A stretch of DNA of 64,000 nt from Octopus vulgaris (Eukaryota). The notes beneath the pieces were generated by a model. It saw only the letters and a program-made list of their open reading frames with translations. It did no database searches and had not been told where the DNA came from. Location: assembly GCA_951406725.2 (NCBI GenBank), contig OX597818.1, positions 81,902,001-81,966,000 on the forward strand. Direction: 5' to 3'. The position numbers and the translations under genes were made by a program. Of the stretch, positions 1-15,000 are shown piece by piece; the stretch's first letter is position 1, and each line of letters begins with the position of its first letter.

Positions 1-594
1 TTCACCATTCCCACTCTATATAATCTCACTCTTCCTCCTTGATTCTCTTGTTGCTCACACGTGACCAACAGCTATCTATCTTTCTTCTTCCACCTCTTTC
101 CTAAAGACAAGACGTGCTTTTGCCTGTCTCTGCGCAAAGTTCGTTTTCCCGGCGTTCATCGCTTCAGCTTGTCATGGCTTAACAACCCTCATTTGTTTTT
201 ACTGTTTTGTTCTTACTGTCCTGTTTTTCTTACCACTTTAACCCTCCGCAAATAATCCCAAATTATATTTAATTTGCTTTGCGGGAAGGACTGTTTTAAC
301 GAAGTCACGCCTTCTCCCTATCTTCGAAACGCGGAATAGAAAAAACCGGTGACAACTGATGAACGGAATGTTCTTTCTGTTGCCTGTTTCTTTTCTCTAT
401 TTGTTACTTTCGCTGTTTGAAAAAAAGTTCGTTTTCTGTGTTTTGTTTTTTTATGTTCTCGTTTCTCATTTTGTCCGCGTTCTATTGACGTCCTGTACCC
501 ATATATGCATGTATACGTAGGTATGTACATATGTGTATGTATATATGCATATATTTATATATTATTTATATTATATATATGCATATATTTATAT

Positions 595-627
<33 letters not shown>

Positions 628-1589
628 AAATACAGACACACACACACACACATATATATATGTATATTCATGTATTCACATATTTACACACACATATAAA
701 TACGCTTATATACACATACATTTATAATTATATGCACACATACATAAACGTATTTACATACATATATACACACACACACATACATATTTATAATTTATAA
801 TTCATACTTTTTTCATATCCGCCTTGCATGTTAAGTTGCAGCTTTATTTTTTAAAAATCCTAACCGTAATTTATTATATTTAAACAGCCGCAATATTGTG
901 CTGAAGTTAATCGGCTTCACTTTTAATTGAATTTTTTTTTTATTTGTTAATCATGTCCAATTAATTAGTTTGTATTAATAATTTTCTAATTTTTTAATGT
1001 AGTCTTCTGTATTTAATTTTGTTTTTTCGTTTAGTTTTTCCAGATTAGATGGCAATTAATCATATCACTAGAACTTCGTCAATTCGCTACTATGTTTTTT
1101 CTCTCTCCTGTGTTTATGCTATACACCCGCTTACACACATTTAGTCAGAGACTCACACACATACACACTCACATATGCAGAGTCACGTTACTTCCTAATT
1201 CATATTGAGAGCCTTACTCACACAGACATTCAGACTCATACAGAGATAGATATGTATAGACACACTATCTCCCAGTTTAACTAGACCATTTGCATTTTTA
1301 TCGTTTATTTATTTATCTTTGGCTTTTTTTTGTCTCTTTCATTGTCTTGTTTTACGTAATTGCAAAACTCAGCTTGTTTCTACCAGAACCGAAAGCTTTT
1401 GTCACAGCCATATAATATTGTAAAGTTATGTTGACCTACAATCAAATAACAATTAATATTTTTTTTGCTTTGTTGTTCTTCTTGCTAATTCTAGGTTATC
1501 TCCCACTCGTGAGCATTCGGTTATTTTTATCTTCTCGTATTCCGTATTTTCAAATTCAAAATTCTAATCAAGGTTCATATTATGAGGAG

Positions 1590-2400
1590 GCATTTATCAC
1601 CCTTTTATTAATGTTCTCTGCCAGTGGGAGCCACATGTATACGAATATTGTAAATTGTACTACATAACTGATTCTGTTCTTCATTTTCTAAAGAGTAGAT
1701 TAGCATTACAAGGAGAAGGAATTGGCTATTATTTTCTGCAGGTTTTTGTACACTATTTGTTGAGTTTTACTTGGTGTTCTTGTAGTTGTAAGTTCCGTAG
1801 ATTTCCTACCAACTATGTTGAAAGATGTTCCAATCGTTAATATCCCATTATTTCCTCTTCTGCAGACACAATGCATATAGAACTAAAGTACGTTAGTCAG
1901 TAAACCTATGATCAAAGTCACACATCACGTCTACACATTTTTGTATTATCAATACCCAAATGTGTCTGTTTCTTTTTAAAGGCCTGTATTTTTAGTTGCT
2001 TTATATACGTAGGCTTTCATATTCGAATCGTAGACTGAATCAGAGCAATATAAAGTTCTTCCTGCAGTTATTATTGATGGCAAACACCCCAGCACGGCGT
2101 TTGAAGCTAATTTGTTTTATGGTTTTAATATTTTTATGTGTATCAGTTTTCCTTTTTCTAGGGTACAGAAAAGTATAATATTGCCCTTTGATTCACATTC
2201 TGCCAATATTCTATAGTGTTATATGCAATATGTTGAGTTTTATTGAACTGTTAGTCGTAGAAGGTTTGAGAAAGACAATTTAGTACAGCAATAAGTCTGT
2301 TAGTCACCATTGTAAACTTCTTTATATCCTTCGTTGATGTTATCGTAACTAGGCCCTGAATGTAGCTAGTAATAACGCAAAAGAATCACTCTATGGACTA
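1590..2400 (-). mobile_element. Highly decayed Penelope-like element RT/linker relic
   Basis: Broken minus-strand frames give KDIKKFTMVTNRLI and VM*YNLQYS...DKC. These resemble the LKDHK..RLIN and IWYNPPYS...DKHF segments of PLE ORFs, in the expected order, with many stops and frameshifts. Confidence 0.4.
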
Positions 2401-3046
2401 TGATGAATTGTCGATATTTGAGATCGCAAGCAGAGAATAAGATTCCTGATGTGTCCAATATATTGCTTTGAGTTAGTATGTTGGTTTCATGTCATCTTAG
2501 ACTGCACAAATGCTGCTTCATCATTCTGTATCTTCCACGTGAAATCTGAAAATTGAAGATGTCTTGTATACACCTTCTACTAAATCTATTATTTATGGTT
2601 GCAGTGCGGTTATGATGTTTAGTGCGGTGGCTGATTGTGAGTAATGTTCTATGTTTGCAACGAAGTGAGATGATTAACCTGCTAACAGGCTAAGGTAGTT
2701 GCGCAGTTTATTTCCGGTGGCGGTGTCATCTATATACGTGTATATACATGTATTATCGGAGCAAGGAGATATATTCAGGAATAAATGATGAAATTACTGA
2801 GAAGACAGATCCTTGTATTCCGTTTCGAAAGTTAAAAGAGATACACTTATTGCTATTGCCAGCTATGTAAGCTTAACAACGTCAGAAATACTTTGCAAAC
2901 TATAAGATTTAATTTTTTTATTTTTAGAAGACCGTAAGAAATATTTTCATATTTTGGCCCTAGAAAAAGGAGTTAAAACAATTATAATATCGATCAAAAT
3001 TGTCTATGGAGATTTTATTTATATTTGATTTATTTAGATATATATA

Positions 3047-3510
3047 GGCGGAGGCAAATATGTTTGGAGAAGATCACCTTGTAACGATATGGTTTTGCGT
3101 TCAGTACCATGGCCCGGTGCCTTGGGCAAGTGACTTCCATTATAGATCTAGTTTACCAATGCACCGTGAGTAAATGTGGTAGAGGAAAACTATGTGGAAG
3201 CCGACGCAAATATATAAATATATATGTGTGTGTTTGTGCGCGCGAGTGTTTACGTGTGTGTGTGTGAGAGTGTATGTGTGTGTATATGTGTGTCAGTGTC
3301 TGTCTGTATGTATGTGTGTGTCTGTGTGTTTGTGCTTCTTGGTGATTGTCACCTACCATCCCTTGACAGCCAGCTTGTTTACGTCCCTGAAATTTAGCCG
3401 TTCGGCAGAAATCTTAAGGGAAGCACCAGACTTTAAAAAAATAATAACTGCCTTCACAATATTCAATCCAGCATGGCCGTACATCAGTGAGTGAAAAAAA
3501 TAAAAGATAA
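3047..3510 (+). mobile_element. SINE family B (tRNA head, CORE-like CCTTGGGCAAGT, internal (TG)n), diverged copy
   Basis: Collinear with other copies in the window: GTTCAGTACC B-box, CCTTGGGCAAGT, CTTGACA..TTTACGTCCC, CCAGCATGGCCG tail. Confidence 0.75.
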
Positions 3511-4296
3511 ACAATAAAAGTTCCATAAAATATGAGGAAATAATTTTTCACACTAAGAAAATAAAAGTCACTTCAGTACCAATATATACATATTTTATTA
3601 GAAACTGAAACTTTTAGGCAAAAAAATGTCCATAAGTATGAAAACAATACATGTATCGATAAGAAATCTATTTTACATAAATTTACTGAAAGCCAATCAG
3701 TGTTTCAATTTTTGGTGTCCGTCATATTTATTTTAGCAGTTGTTTGGTTCCTACGTTATAACATATTTTAGGATTCCACTGTTTGATTTAATCGATGTCA
3801 CTAAGGTAAAATTTTGTGTAATGGAATAGAAACAGCAACGATACTGTGATTAGGATATATATTCATTTACGCTGTGGATGTATATGCGTATACAAACGTA
3901 TATATACATATATACATATATATATATGTGCGTGTGTGTGTGTGTTTGTGTGTGTGCGTGTGTGTGTATGTGCGTGCACATATACAAGTATATTGACATG
4001 AATGTATTTATGTTGATATTGTTTTCAATTATTTTTAGATCAATAAAAATAATTAGATATACTCATATATAATATAAACAGGCAAATAGCTGTATACATG
4101 CATGCAGACACATAGGCACACACACGCACGCACACACAGACATAGATATATACATACATGCATATATACATTTATATATATATATATATGCATAACAACA
4201 AAAATATATTTCTATTTGTACACACATATATATATATATATGTATACTTATATATATATATATATTTATATACATATATATATATATATACATATT

Positions 4297-4356
<60 letters not shown>

Positions 4357-4694
4357 AAAATTTCATATAATATTTTATTTTGCATTGTATTATACGAGCA
4401 ATCGATCTAAATTTTATTGCTTATGACGTCTGCTACTCATTTATTTATCAGAAATAGCTGTCATACGTTTATTTACGAGTGAATACTTCTGAATATATTT
4501 ATATTCAACAACAATCTTGGTTGTAAACTTTGGTATTATAAAATATTAATTAACGGTTTCTTCAGAATAGTTTAAAATGTTAATATCGATGACCATTAAT
4601 CAACATTTATTAAAATGTGCATCTATATTTTTAAGAATATAGGTGAGTACACACACACATACACTTTTAGATATATGCATATATATGTATATAT

Positions 4695-4726
<32 letters not shown>

Positions 4727-4728
<2 letters not shown>

Positions 4729-4972
4729 TAACGTGACTGTAGGTAAGTATATCATTAATGTATGTAACACAGTGCAAATATTATCTTGTATAGAACTCAT
4801 TGGGTTGTGTACAGTATATATATATATATATAGATATATATATATAGATATATAGAGAGAGATGCATACACGCACATATGTACATTAACGTGACTGTAGT
4901 TAACTATATCAATAATATATTTAAAATAGTGCAAATATTATCATGTATAAATCTCATTACATTGTGTAGAGT
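4727..4972. repeat. Diverged direct repeat of about 89 bp (4727-4815 and 4884-4972)
   Basis: ATTAACGTGACTGTAG...AGTGCAAATATTATC...CTCATT..TTGTGTA occurs twice, separated by a TA/GA tract. Confidence 0.85.
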
Positions 4973-5060
4973 GTGTGGTTTGTGTGAGTGTATTATGTAC
5001 ATATATACATACACAAACTCGCACACATGCACACACATACACGCATACACACACTCACAT

Positions 5061-5106
<46 letters not shown>

Positions 5107-5689
5107 GATGGATAGATAATTAGAAATATACATACAAATACCTATCTCAGTCTTTATATACCAATTTATATATTGCTATAATTTAACAACGTGCTGAAGA
5201 ATTACGAAATCCTTCAATTTAGAATACCCATTAATTTTTACAACGTTTGAGTTTGCTCAACAATGTATTGGTTACTTATATTTCTTTCTGTGCATATATA
5301 TGAGTACACATAAGTATCTTTATATTTATATAGTTTTATACCCTTATATCTAATTATAGACACATTTATCTATGGAAAATACGTTATTTTGTTGCATTTA
5401 TCTACATATAGAAACATGTAAAATATAAATAAAAATAGCTCAGACAGAAATAGATTAAGTAAAGAAAGATATATTTATAATAAGGATTTTCTGAATCCAA
5501 ATCATCCGAGAATATACAGTTTCAAATTATTTAACCGAACGCTAAGAGCATCACAACGAAATTGAATTTAATTGGTTCTATGCTATATGAAAACCTACAT
5601 AGCTATTGACAATCTTCTGAACCCTAACATAGCAAAAATGCAAACCTCATATACAAAAGGTATCTTGAGAATAAAACAATAGAGTTGGT

Positions 5690-5900
5690 TACACTTCTCT
5701 GCGAAGCCAGGCCGAACACAAAGATCAAACGAAAATAACATGTTTTGCCACACCGTTCGAACGACATCCAACGATCGTAGAATTTATGCCGAAGTTACTG
5801 TTTTCCCACTACCTACAAAACCCACTATTGCTGTCTACCTAATCAGACAAAAACCTCATACTTGTGATTCAATCTACCATAAAGTGGTCTTCAAAATTCG
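5690..5900 (+). mobile_element. Possible decayed PLE GIY-YIG endonuclease relic
   Basis: Translation NENNMFCHTVRTTSNDRRIYAEVT...TIKWS loosely matches the NVVY..V....IYIG.T...IKWS pattern. Confidence 0.3.
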
Positions 5901-6080
5901 CAATAAAGACAGAATATAACAAAACTAATTAGTCATTGGTGAAGGAGACCAAATCCAAATTTCGAAGTCCATTTCGAAGTCCATTAAAATGAATAATCAA
6001 TTCTAAAATGTAACATAACAGAACAGAATATGTATATACATACAAACATACATACATACATATATACATACATACATACC

Positions 6081-6157
<77 letters not shown>

Positions 6158-6441
6158 CTATCAATATATATATATATATGTTATGTATACATACAAATAC
6201 ACATGCATACACGCATATACACACATACACCTGCAGTATATAGATAGGGTTATAATCCTAGGTATGTCCTCATGAAGCTGATCGCCATATTCTAGTTCTC
6301 CAAAGCATAATTGTAGTTCCCTATATTTATGTGAAAGTTGAAAATACAGGAGAATATTTCAAAAAAATATATAGTAAAACAGAAAAATAATGTTTTAGGT
6401 CATTTATTCGTTATTGCATATGTTTCATTAGCTATGGAAGT

Positions 6442-6493
<52 letters not shown>

Positions 6494-6524
6494 CATACAT
6501 ACATACATACATACATACATACAT

Positions 6525-6600
6525 GCTTTATTTAAAAGCAGCAGAAATGTAATAAAAGCTGTTACTCGGCGTTACACGGTCCCGTCGTCGGACAGTTTTG
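6525..6600 (-). ncRNA. Degenerate minimal hammerhead plus PLE-type tail (same family as 12887)
   Basis: Minus strand reads CTGT-CCGACG-ACGGGACCGT-GTAA-CGCCGAG-TA-ACAG, then ...TTTCTGCTGCTTTTAAATAAAGCA, which matches the tail at 12925-12960. The core is mutated. Confidence 0.55.
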
Positions 6601-6735
6601 TTGAAATAGAAGCGAAGTAACAATTTGATCAAAACTAGCTAAATGATACACCTTTAAAAATGGATTCCTTTCATTTGTCCTTTCAAATAACGGTCATAGG
6701 CAAGCGATAAACAAAATAATTTACGTGCTTACTCT

Positions 6736-6841
<106 letters not shown>

Positions 6842-7005
6842 CAACATGCAATACTGCTCCTGCTAGTGATTCATATGCCCGAGGTTTAAAATAATAAAAA
6901 TTTACATTGGATTGAGTAATAATATATATCACAGTTCAACCCAACGTAAATTGATATCATTTTAATTTTTAATCTCATCAAATTCTAATAGTTGTCTTAC
7001 ACGCT

Positions 7006-7036
<31 letters not shown>

Positions 7037-7417
7037 TTGTAACTCCTGTTGGTAATGAAACACATGTAATATGGAATAAAAAAATAAATACCACGCATTT
7101 CTATATCATTACACGCAACAATACACACACTAACACATACACGCACAGATACTCACACACGTACACATACACATATACAATTTAACATTTTTTACATAGA
7201 AATACGTAATACATAAAAAATACTTGAGTGAAAATTTTTAAAAGTAACAATACAAATAAATTATAGGTTGCAAAGCTCAAAAGGAAATGGAAGATGCGAC
7301 AAAACTTAATAAATGTTTCGGTTCTAGCCACTAGATGATATGTAAATCTAAGCATGTGGTTATATGCTTAGAGCGGTATCATTTTAAACTATATTGGTCT
7401 TAATTTCTTCAGGATAT

Positions 7418-8000
7418 GGCGGCAAACTTGCATAAACGTTAGCGCTTCGGGCGAAATGCGTAGCTGTATTTCGTCTGTCGTTACGTTGTGAGTTCAAATT
7501 CCGGCGAGGTCGACTTTGCCTTTCATCCTTCCGGGGTCGATAAATTAAGTCCCAGTTACGCACTAGGGTCGATGTAATCGACTTAATACCTATGTCTTTC
7601 CATGTTTGTCCCCTCTATGTGTAGCCCCTTGTGGGTAATAAAGAAATAATTATTTCGTCTGCCGCTCTGTTCTGTGTTCAAATTCCACTGAGGTCGATTT
7701 TGCCTTTCGGGGTCGATTAAATAAGTACCAGTTACGCACTGGAGTCGATATAATCAACTTAATCCGTTTGTTTGTCCTTGATTGTCCTCTCTGTGTTTAG
7801 CCCCTTGTGGGCAGTAAAGAAATAGGTATTTCGTCTGCCGTTACGCTCTGAGTTCAAATTCCGCCGAGGTCGACTTTTCCTTTCATCATTTCGGGGTTGA
7901 TAAATTCAGTACCAGTTGCGTTCTGGGGTCAATGTAATCGACTTAATCCGTTTATCTGTCCTTGTTTGTCCCCTCTATTTTTAGCCCCTTGTGGGCAAAA
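7418..8000 (+). mobile_element. SINE family A, trimeric copy
   Basis: One GGCGG..GTTAGC head followed by three tandem units of GAGTTCAAATTCC-GAGGTCGACTTTGCCTTTCATCC-GGGGTCGATAAATTAAGTACCAG...AGCCCCTTGTGGG. The core resembles the Meta/MESC SINE domain (from memory). Confidence 0.9.
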
Positions 8001-8683
8001 AAGACATCAGAATTTCTTTAGGGTTTTTTATGAGCTTATAGAACAAAGGTTAACATGTCTTGAAATGATGCATACAAAATAGTAATAAGGTTAATAAGTT
8101 AGATCCTATATATAATGTGAATGTTTCTAGGAGGTGAATTATAGATATTAGTGAAGATGCCATATAGTTAATAAAGTAAATAAGAATAAACAAAAATAAA
8201 TAAAAATAACCTAAAAGAATAAGGGTAAAGAAAGAAGATAAGAAGAATAAGAATAAAAGATCAATAATAAATATAAATTAATGACACATATATGTATGTA
8301 AAATATATATAGTATCAAATTTAAATAAAATGAAAAGAATAATACTTAAATATGCGAGGGAAAAAATATATAATGTATGATAAGTTAGACGTTGAAAATT
8401 ATTAGTCAAAGGTTATATATGAAATAAATTATCTCTATTGGTTTGTTAATAGATGCACAATAATAATATATATTACTACAATAATAGCTAAATATGTATA
8501 ACTACAATAATCTTTAACATGTCGCCGAGACTTTTCGTAACATGATAGTGATTAACCAGTGGAAATCTTTGGATTATATAATCCCTAAATTGACTATATA
8601 TATATTCATACATATGTACGTATGTATATATGTATATGTAAATATATATATATGTATTTACATATACATATATACATACGTAC

Positions 8684-8714
<31 letters not shown>

Positions 8715-9312
8715 TATATATATATATATAAATACATACGTACATATATATATATATACATACATATATATATATAATACAATAACAACTGTATAATATT
8801 ATATCATAACAATAGTAATTTATATACTCCTATTTAAGGCGACTTATGTATATATATATTCCACAGTCGCTTTATCTCCGTAACTTAGAAAGCCTTCTGG
8901 TTTGTCTCCAAATAATATATATATATATAACATAAACATAACAATATTTAATAACCATTATTAAGAAAAAAACAAATACCTTACCCAATGTACAATACAA
9001 ATCATGAGTAGCCTAACCATGTTATGAATACATTATCGAGCATGCAAACTTCAATACAAACACTACACTCGAAATCAGAAACACACCACGCACACTCATT
9101 GAAACGAACGGTTATATATAAGAACAAAAACAATAATCTTGACCTGAACCTATTTTAAGACCAAGCCCAATTTCGGACAGCGAATGGGGTGACATGAGAT
9201 CAACTGCAGTTGGGATCAACAGCAGCAGAAGTCAACAACAGATGAGGTTAACAGCACATACCTATAAATAACGACACTCCATCCCCACGGAGCACTAACT
9301 AACAAAAATTTA

Positions 9313-10591
9313 TCACGTCATCACATAAGTTCTGTCCGATTTTACCTTTTTTAAAATTGAATGAAATTTAATAGTATTTTAGAATGTCTAATGGAATTAA
9401 AAATTATTTTTATGCATTTGTGTACATATAAACTAATTAAATATTATTTTACAGAATAATAGAACTAAGACCCTTTCTAATATGGAAATATCCAAAGATC
9501 ATTTGAGGCGCATAATGCTTTATGACTACAAAAAAGGAAAGTCTGCAGCCGATGCGACTCGAAACATATACTCAGTTTATGGGAAAGAATGCTAGAATGA
9601 AAGAACTTGCAGAAGATGGTTTGCAAAATTCAGTAGAAGAGATTTCAGCCTTGAAGATGAAGATCGAACAGGACGTCCAGTTCAGTTTGCTGATAAGCTC
9701 CTTGGGGCATTACTTGAAGAAAATCCTGCATTATCAGTTAAAGAACTGGCAGTAAAGCTTAGTTCAAACCGTACAACTGTTCATCGTCATCTTCAACAAC
9801 TTGGAAAGGTTTCTAAACTTGGAAAAATGGGTGTCTCATGAATTGTCCGAAAGCAACCGAAAACCCAGAGTTGACTTTTATTCTTATTCTCTTCATCTCG
9901 CGAATACATTTCACCCTTTTTGGATAGACTTGTGACTAGTGAAGAAAAATGGATCTTCTATCGAAAAGTTAAACGTCGTAAACAATAGCTTGGTGAAAGG
10001 AAAAAAAGCTCAACCACAACCGAGAAGAGTACTTCATGTGAAAAAGGTTCTTCTTTCTATCTGGTGGGATTGAAAAGGAGTAATTCACTTTGAATTGTTA
10101 CCACCTAATGCAACAATCAATGCTCAAGTCTTCTGTCTGCAATTAGAGCGTTTGAACCAAGCTTTGAAGAAAAAAGACCCGCGTTTGTGAATCGAAATGG
10201 AGTGATGTTTCATCAGAACAATGCGCGACCCTACACTGCAAAGATCACATCACAGAAGATCGTAGAGCTTGGCTGGGAAAAAAATTCTTCATCCATCTTA
10301 TTCTCCCAACCTTGCTCCTTCAGACTATTATTTGTTTCGTAGTTTACAGAATCATTTGGGGGACATCACTTTTGCAAGCCAGGAGGAGGTCGATACTGAC
10401 ATTTCAGAATTCTTCCCTTTCAAACCAAAAGAGTTTTAAATCGATGGGATTAAAAGCTTGTAAATAGATGGAAGGAAGTCATAGATAATCAGGGAAAGTA
10501 CACTGATGATTCAATAATTTCAATTAAATATAACATTTGATCACATGTTTTCTTTATTCAAATTTCGGACGGAACTTATGGAATGACCTGA
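9313..10591 (+). mobile_element. Full-length mariner DNA transposon (about 1.28 kb), inactive
   Basis: TIRs TCACGTCATCACATAAGTTCTGTCCGA (from 9313) and TCGGACGGAACTTATGGAATGACCTGA (to 10591), flanked by TA at 9311-12 and 10592-93, with an internal transposase relic. Confidence 0.95.
9482..10519 (+). pseudogene. Mariner (DD34D-type) transposase pseudogene
   Basis: MEISKDHLRRIMLYDYKKGKSAADATRNI...C*NERTCRRWFAKF..DFSLEDEDRTGRP (HTH), then WVSHEL, TSEEKW, HQNNARP and YSPNLAPSDY. Stops, frameshifts and mutated catalytic Asp residues. Confidence 0.93.
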
Positions 10592-10649
10592 TACTTCAGT
10601 CAGCTCACTTCGAGGATGCCAAAATGGGCGGTCCCTGATGAAGCTGGTG

Positions 10650-11317
<668 letters not shown>

Positions 11318-11757
11318 GAAGAAGAAGAAGAAGAAGAAGAAGAACAACAACAACAACAATAGTAGTTGAAATAGTGGTAATAGTGTGGATAGTTTCGATA
11401 TCAACAAGGAAGACAGCGACATAAACGCAAAATAACATAAACGATATTAGCAGCAACAATACACACAGAAACACAGACACGACGACGGCGACTGCTACCA
11501 CCACCACCTCTACCAGCAGTAGAAAAAACAACAACAACAGAAATAGTAATAGAGACAACCAGAGAGATAGCAACCAGAAAAAAGATAGGCAAGAAGAAAA
11601 TAATACAAATGTTATAAACGTGATAAACTGATATAAGTTGCATTAACTCGACCCTACCTTTCAGAATAAGAGCTAATATCCCAGAAGGGACAAGCAGCCA
11701 AACAGAAGCAGGACAAAGATTTTGGAACAGTACATTAGGATACCTATAAGAGAGAGA

Positions 11758-11759
<2 letters not shown>

Positions 11760-11820
<61 letters not shown>
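11760..11820. repeat. (GA)n microsatellite
   Basis: Directly visible. Confidence 0.95.
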
Positions 11821-11821
<1 letters not shown>

Positions 11822-12117
11822 TAAAGCCAGAGCTATTCGATAACAAAATCAGAAAGTGGGTTGCACAAACTCATCAGAAAATGAAATATACACGACAAGA
11901 GGAGCCACGTGGGATACAGAGTTATTGAAGAGGTCGTAGGACGTGTGACACAGAAAATAAGAGAATAATATTAGAGAAGCTGAAGTGTAGTCGAAACATA
12001 TGTGCTTAACTGTCTAAGTATGACCAACCCTTAAGTATAACAACATCAGTTTCAACGAACGATTTCACATCAAGAATCTTGGAAAACAACTTCATGAACG
12101 TGTGTGTGTGTGTGTGC

Positions 12118-12164
<47 letters not shown>

Positions 12165-12255
12165 AGAGAGAGAGAGAGAGACGGAGAGTGAGAGATGTAT
12201 ATATACAAACATGTGCGTGTGTGTTTAGGTCTGTATGTATGTGCATATATATATG

Positions 12256-12313
<58 letters not shown>

Positions 12314-12815
12314 CGTGTGTGTGTGTGTGATGGTTTAAGTTTCACTGATTATGTGCATGACTGCATCTATATAGAAATACGTGTATGTGTGTGTGTGCAA
12401 GTGTGTGTTTTTGACCTAAACTACGAACGTGTTCGAGTCTATATCAGTTTGAGTTAAAAGAACGCAAGTTTTAGTTAAAAATTGAAGTTTAAATATTGAC
12501 GACTCTGTGTACATACGTATACATACAAACGTACATACATATATATAATGAGATATAAAGGTATATAGATACAAACATTTGTACGCACATATATACATAC
12601 ATATATGCATGTATATATGTATGTACATTTATATATATATGTATATATGCATATATATATTTATGTATATGTAGATACATATCTCTCTCTTAACTTAACT
12701 TCGAAATATGGCGTGAGGCAGAGAAAATCTAGTAAAAACGAGATTAGATTAGTAGATTACTATTGTCCGCCATATTTTCTCGTCTTCTTCATAATCATGT
12801 GAAACATATAGCTTT

Positions 12816-12881
<66 letters not shown>

Positions 12882-12886
12882 CTAAA

Positions 12887-12924
12887 CTGTCTGATGAACG
12901 GCAACGAGAAACTCAGAGTAACAG
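12887..12924 (+). ncRNA. Minimal type I hammerhead ribozyme motif
   Basis: CTGT-CTGATGA-ACGGCAACGA-GAAA-CTCAGAG-TA-ACAG. Stem I CTGT/ACAG, intact core, 2-bp stem II with GCAA loop, stem III CTC/GAG, GUA cleavage triplet. Confidence 0.75.
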
Positions 12925-12996
12925 ATTTTGTTGAATTTTCTGCTGCTTAAAATAAAGTATATATATATATATATATATATACATATATACATACAT

Positions 12997-13037
<41 letters not shown>

Positions 13038-14029
13038 TACATACATCTATATATATATTTATATATATGCACATATATACACATATGTATATGTTTGTAT
13101 TTTAAGTGATATTGCAACAGTACGTATTCATCGATGTATTTTTTTCTTACTGTCTGTTCATATCTGCCTTAATCTCCATCACGTTAACCTTTTAAGGCAT
13201 CTTCTGTGTATGTGTGTTTATATATACATGTATGTGAATACACAAACACACACATATTCACAGACACACACACTCGCACATACTTATATATATATATATA
13301 TTATCACCATATTTGTTTCTCTGATCTGCCCGTCTGTGTACACAGTCACACACACTCACACACAAGTGCATGCATGCATGCTTGCATTCAGCCATATGTA
13401 TCTGTGAATTTGGGCGCCGGCTTCACTTCTAATATGTGTATACGTGCATGCATGTGCGTTTACGTGCCTGATCATGTGCGTGTGCATGCGTTTATGCATG
13501 CGTGTGCGTGTGTACGTATGTGTTTGTTTTGTTATGCACAGACAGGCAGATCACAGACCTAGATATGATGTGATGTTTAACAAACACCTAGCAGCTAATA
13601 TTGCACTTTACTCGAATTTATTAAATTGTTGATAGCTCTTTATCACTACCGTTTGTTTTGTTTTGTCTCGAGTTGTTTTTGTTGTTCATATTACCTGCGT
13701 TTAGAGACACGTTTCTTGATGTTCATGTTGTTGAGGTTGTTGTTTGTTCTTCACTTAGCCGTTACCGATTAGCTTCCTTCCCCATATATCTTTCGTCTAC
13801 TTTCTTCGAATTGTTTATTTATTATTTTTTTTTCTTTTCCATTTTCCTTCTCATTTATTCCGCACTTACACTGCAACCACTGCTGTTTCCCCTCTTCCCT
13901 CTCCCTCCTCTTTCTTTGTTCCTTCTTCTTCTTCTGCTTCTGTGCCTTCTGTAGTTTCCTCTCCCTCCTCCCTTCTTCATAATCCACTCCTCTGCCCCCT
14001 ACCCGTCCTCCCCTCCTATTTCTCCTTCT

Positions 14030-14179
14030 CCTCCACCACCACTGCCGCCGCCGCTACTACTACTATTACTACTACTAGTAGTAGCAGTAGAACAACCACA
14101 ACAACAACAACAACTACTACTACTACTACTACTACTACTGCTGCTGCTGTTGCTGCTACTGCTGCAACTACTACTACTG

Positions 14180-14249
<70 letters not shown>

Positions 14250-14325
14250 TGCAACTGCTGTAACTACTGCTACTACTACTACTACTAGTACTAGTAGTAG
14301 CAGTAGTAGTAGAACAACCACAACA

Positions 14326-14395
<70 letters not shown>

Positions 14396-14430
14396 ATACT
14401 ACTACTAATACTACTACTACTGCTACTAGT
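14030..14430. repeat. Long compound trinucleotide tract (CTA/CTG/CAA/GTA)
   Basis: Directly visible. It is the source of the poly-T/A/S/V ORFs in the track. Confidence 0.95.
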
Positions 14431-14619
14431 ATCACTTCCTCCTCTTCGTGTTCTGTGTCTTGTTGCGATTGTGCTTGCAATTATTCGCATTCACCTCATG
14501 ATGAACTCGAAGTGAATGGTTATAGTTAAAGACGGAAGGGCTATGAATTCCATCTATGACCCTTCAGGCGTATTTGAGAAATACATTTTATACTGTGTTC
14601 CTTTCTTTCAACTCCGTAA

Positions 14620-15000
14620 TCATATTTATTTGAGTGCGATGTGACTGCTATTTCTAACAGGTCGTGCGACATACTTAGCACTCCGTCCACGTCCATGACC
14701 ACACTCTTTCATTTCTCCTGTTTTCTCAAATGCATTGCTATATTGAATTACATTGTATATTTGCTCGGAGTTCAAACCTTGCAAGCATCGTTTATTATTT
14801 TTTTTAGTGATTCCGCCGTCTTTAATATAAGTCCTAATCAGGCTAATATCCATATTATTCACGGAACACCTGTTCCAGTTAGTGTGCGCATAACTGAAAT
14901 CAATGACCGTTCAAGAATAGATACTGTGTCCTGTTTGAGATGCCATGTCTGGAGTATTTACTCACCGAGAAGTAATATTTATCCTCATTTAAACCTGGAT
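14620..15000 (-). mobile_element. Old RTE-like LINE ORF C-terminal relic
   Basis: Minus frames give TWHLKQDTVSILERSLISVMRTLTG...NNMDI...KRCLQG...GHGRGRSAKY..PVR. This resembles the post-RT region (ETW.L...LE...MLR...N.DI...RL.W.GH...RGRP..W). Confidence 0.45.

Noticed and set aside
300-420. CTGATGA at 356 near CGAAACGCG
   Set aside because: I could not assemble the stems in hammerhead order.
13942-14529. 195-aa Thr/Ala/Ser-rich, mucin-like ORF
   Set aside because: Produced by a compound trinucleotide tract that is open in several frames on both strands. No splice or domain evidence.
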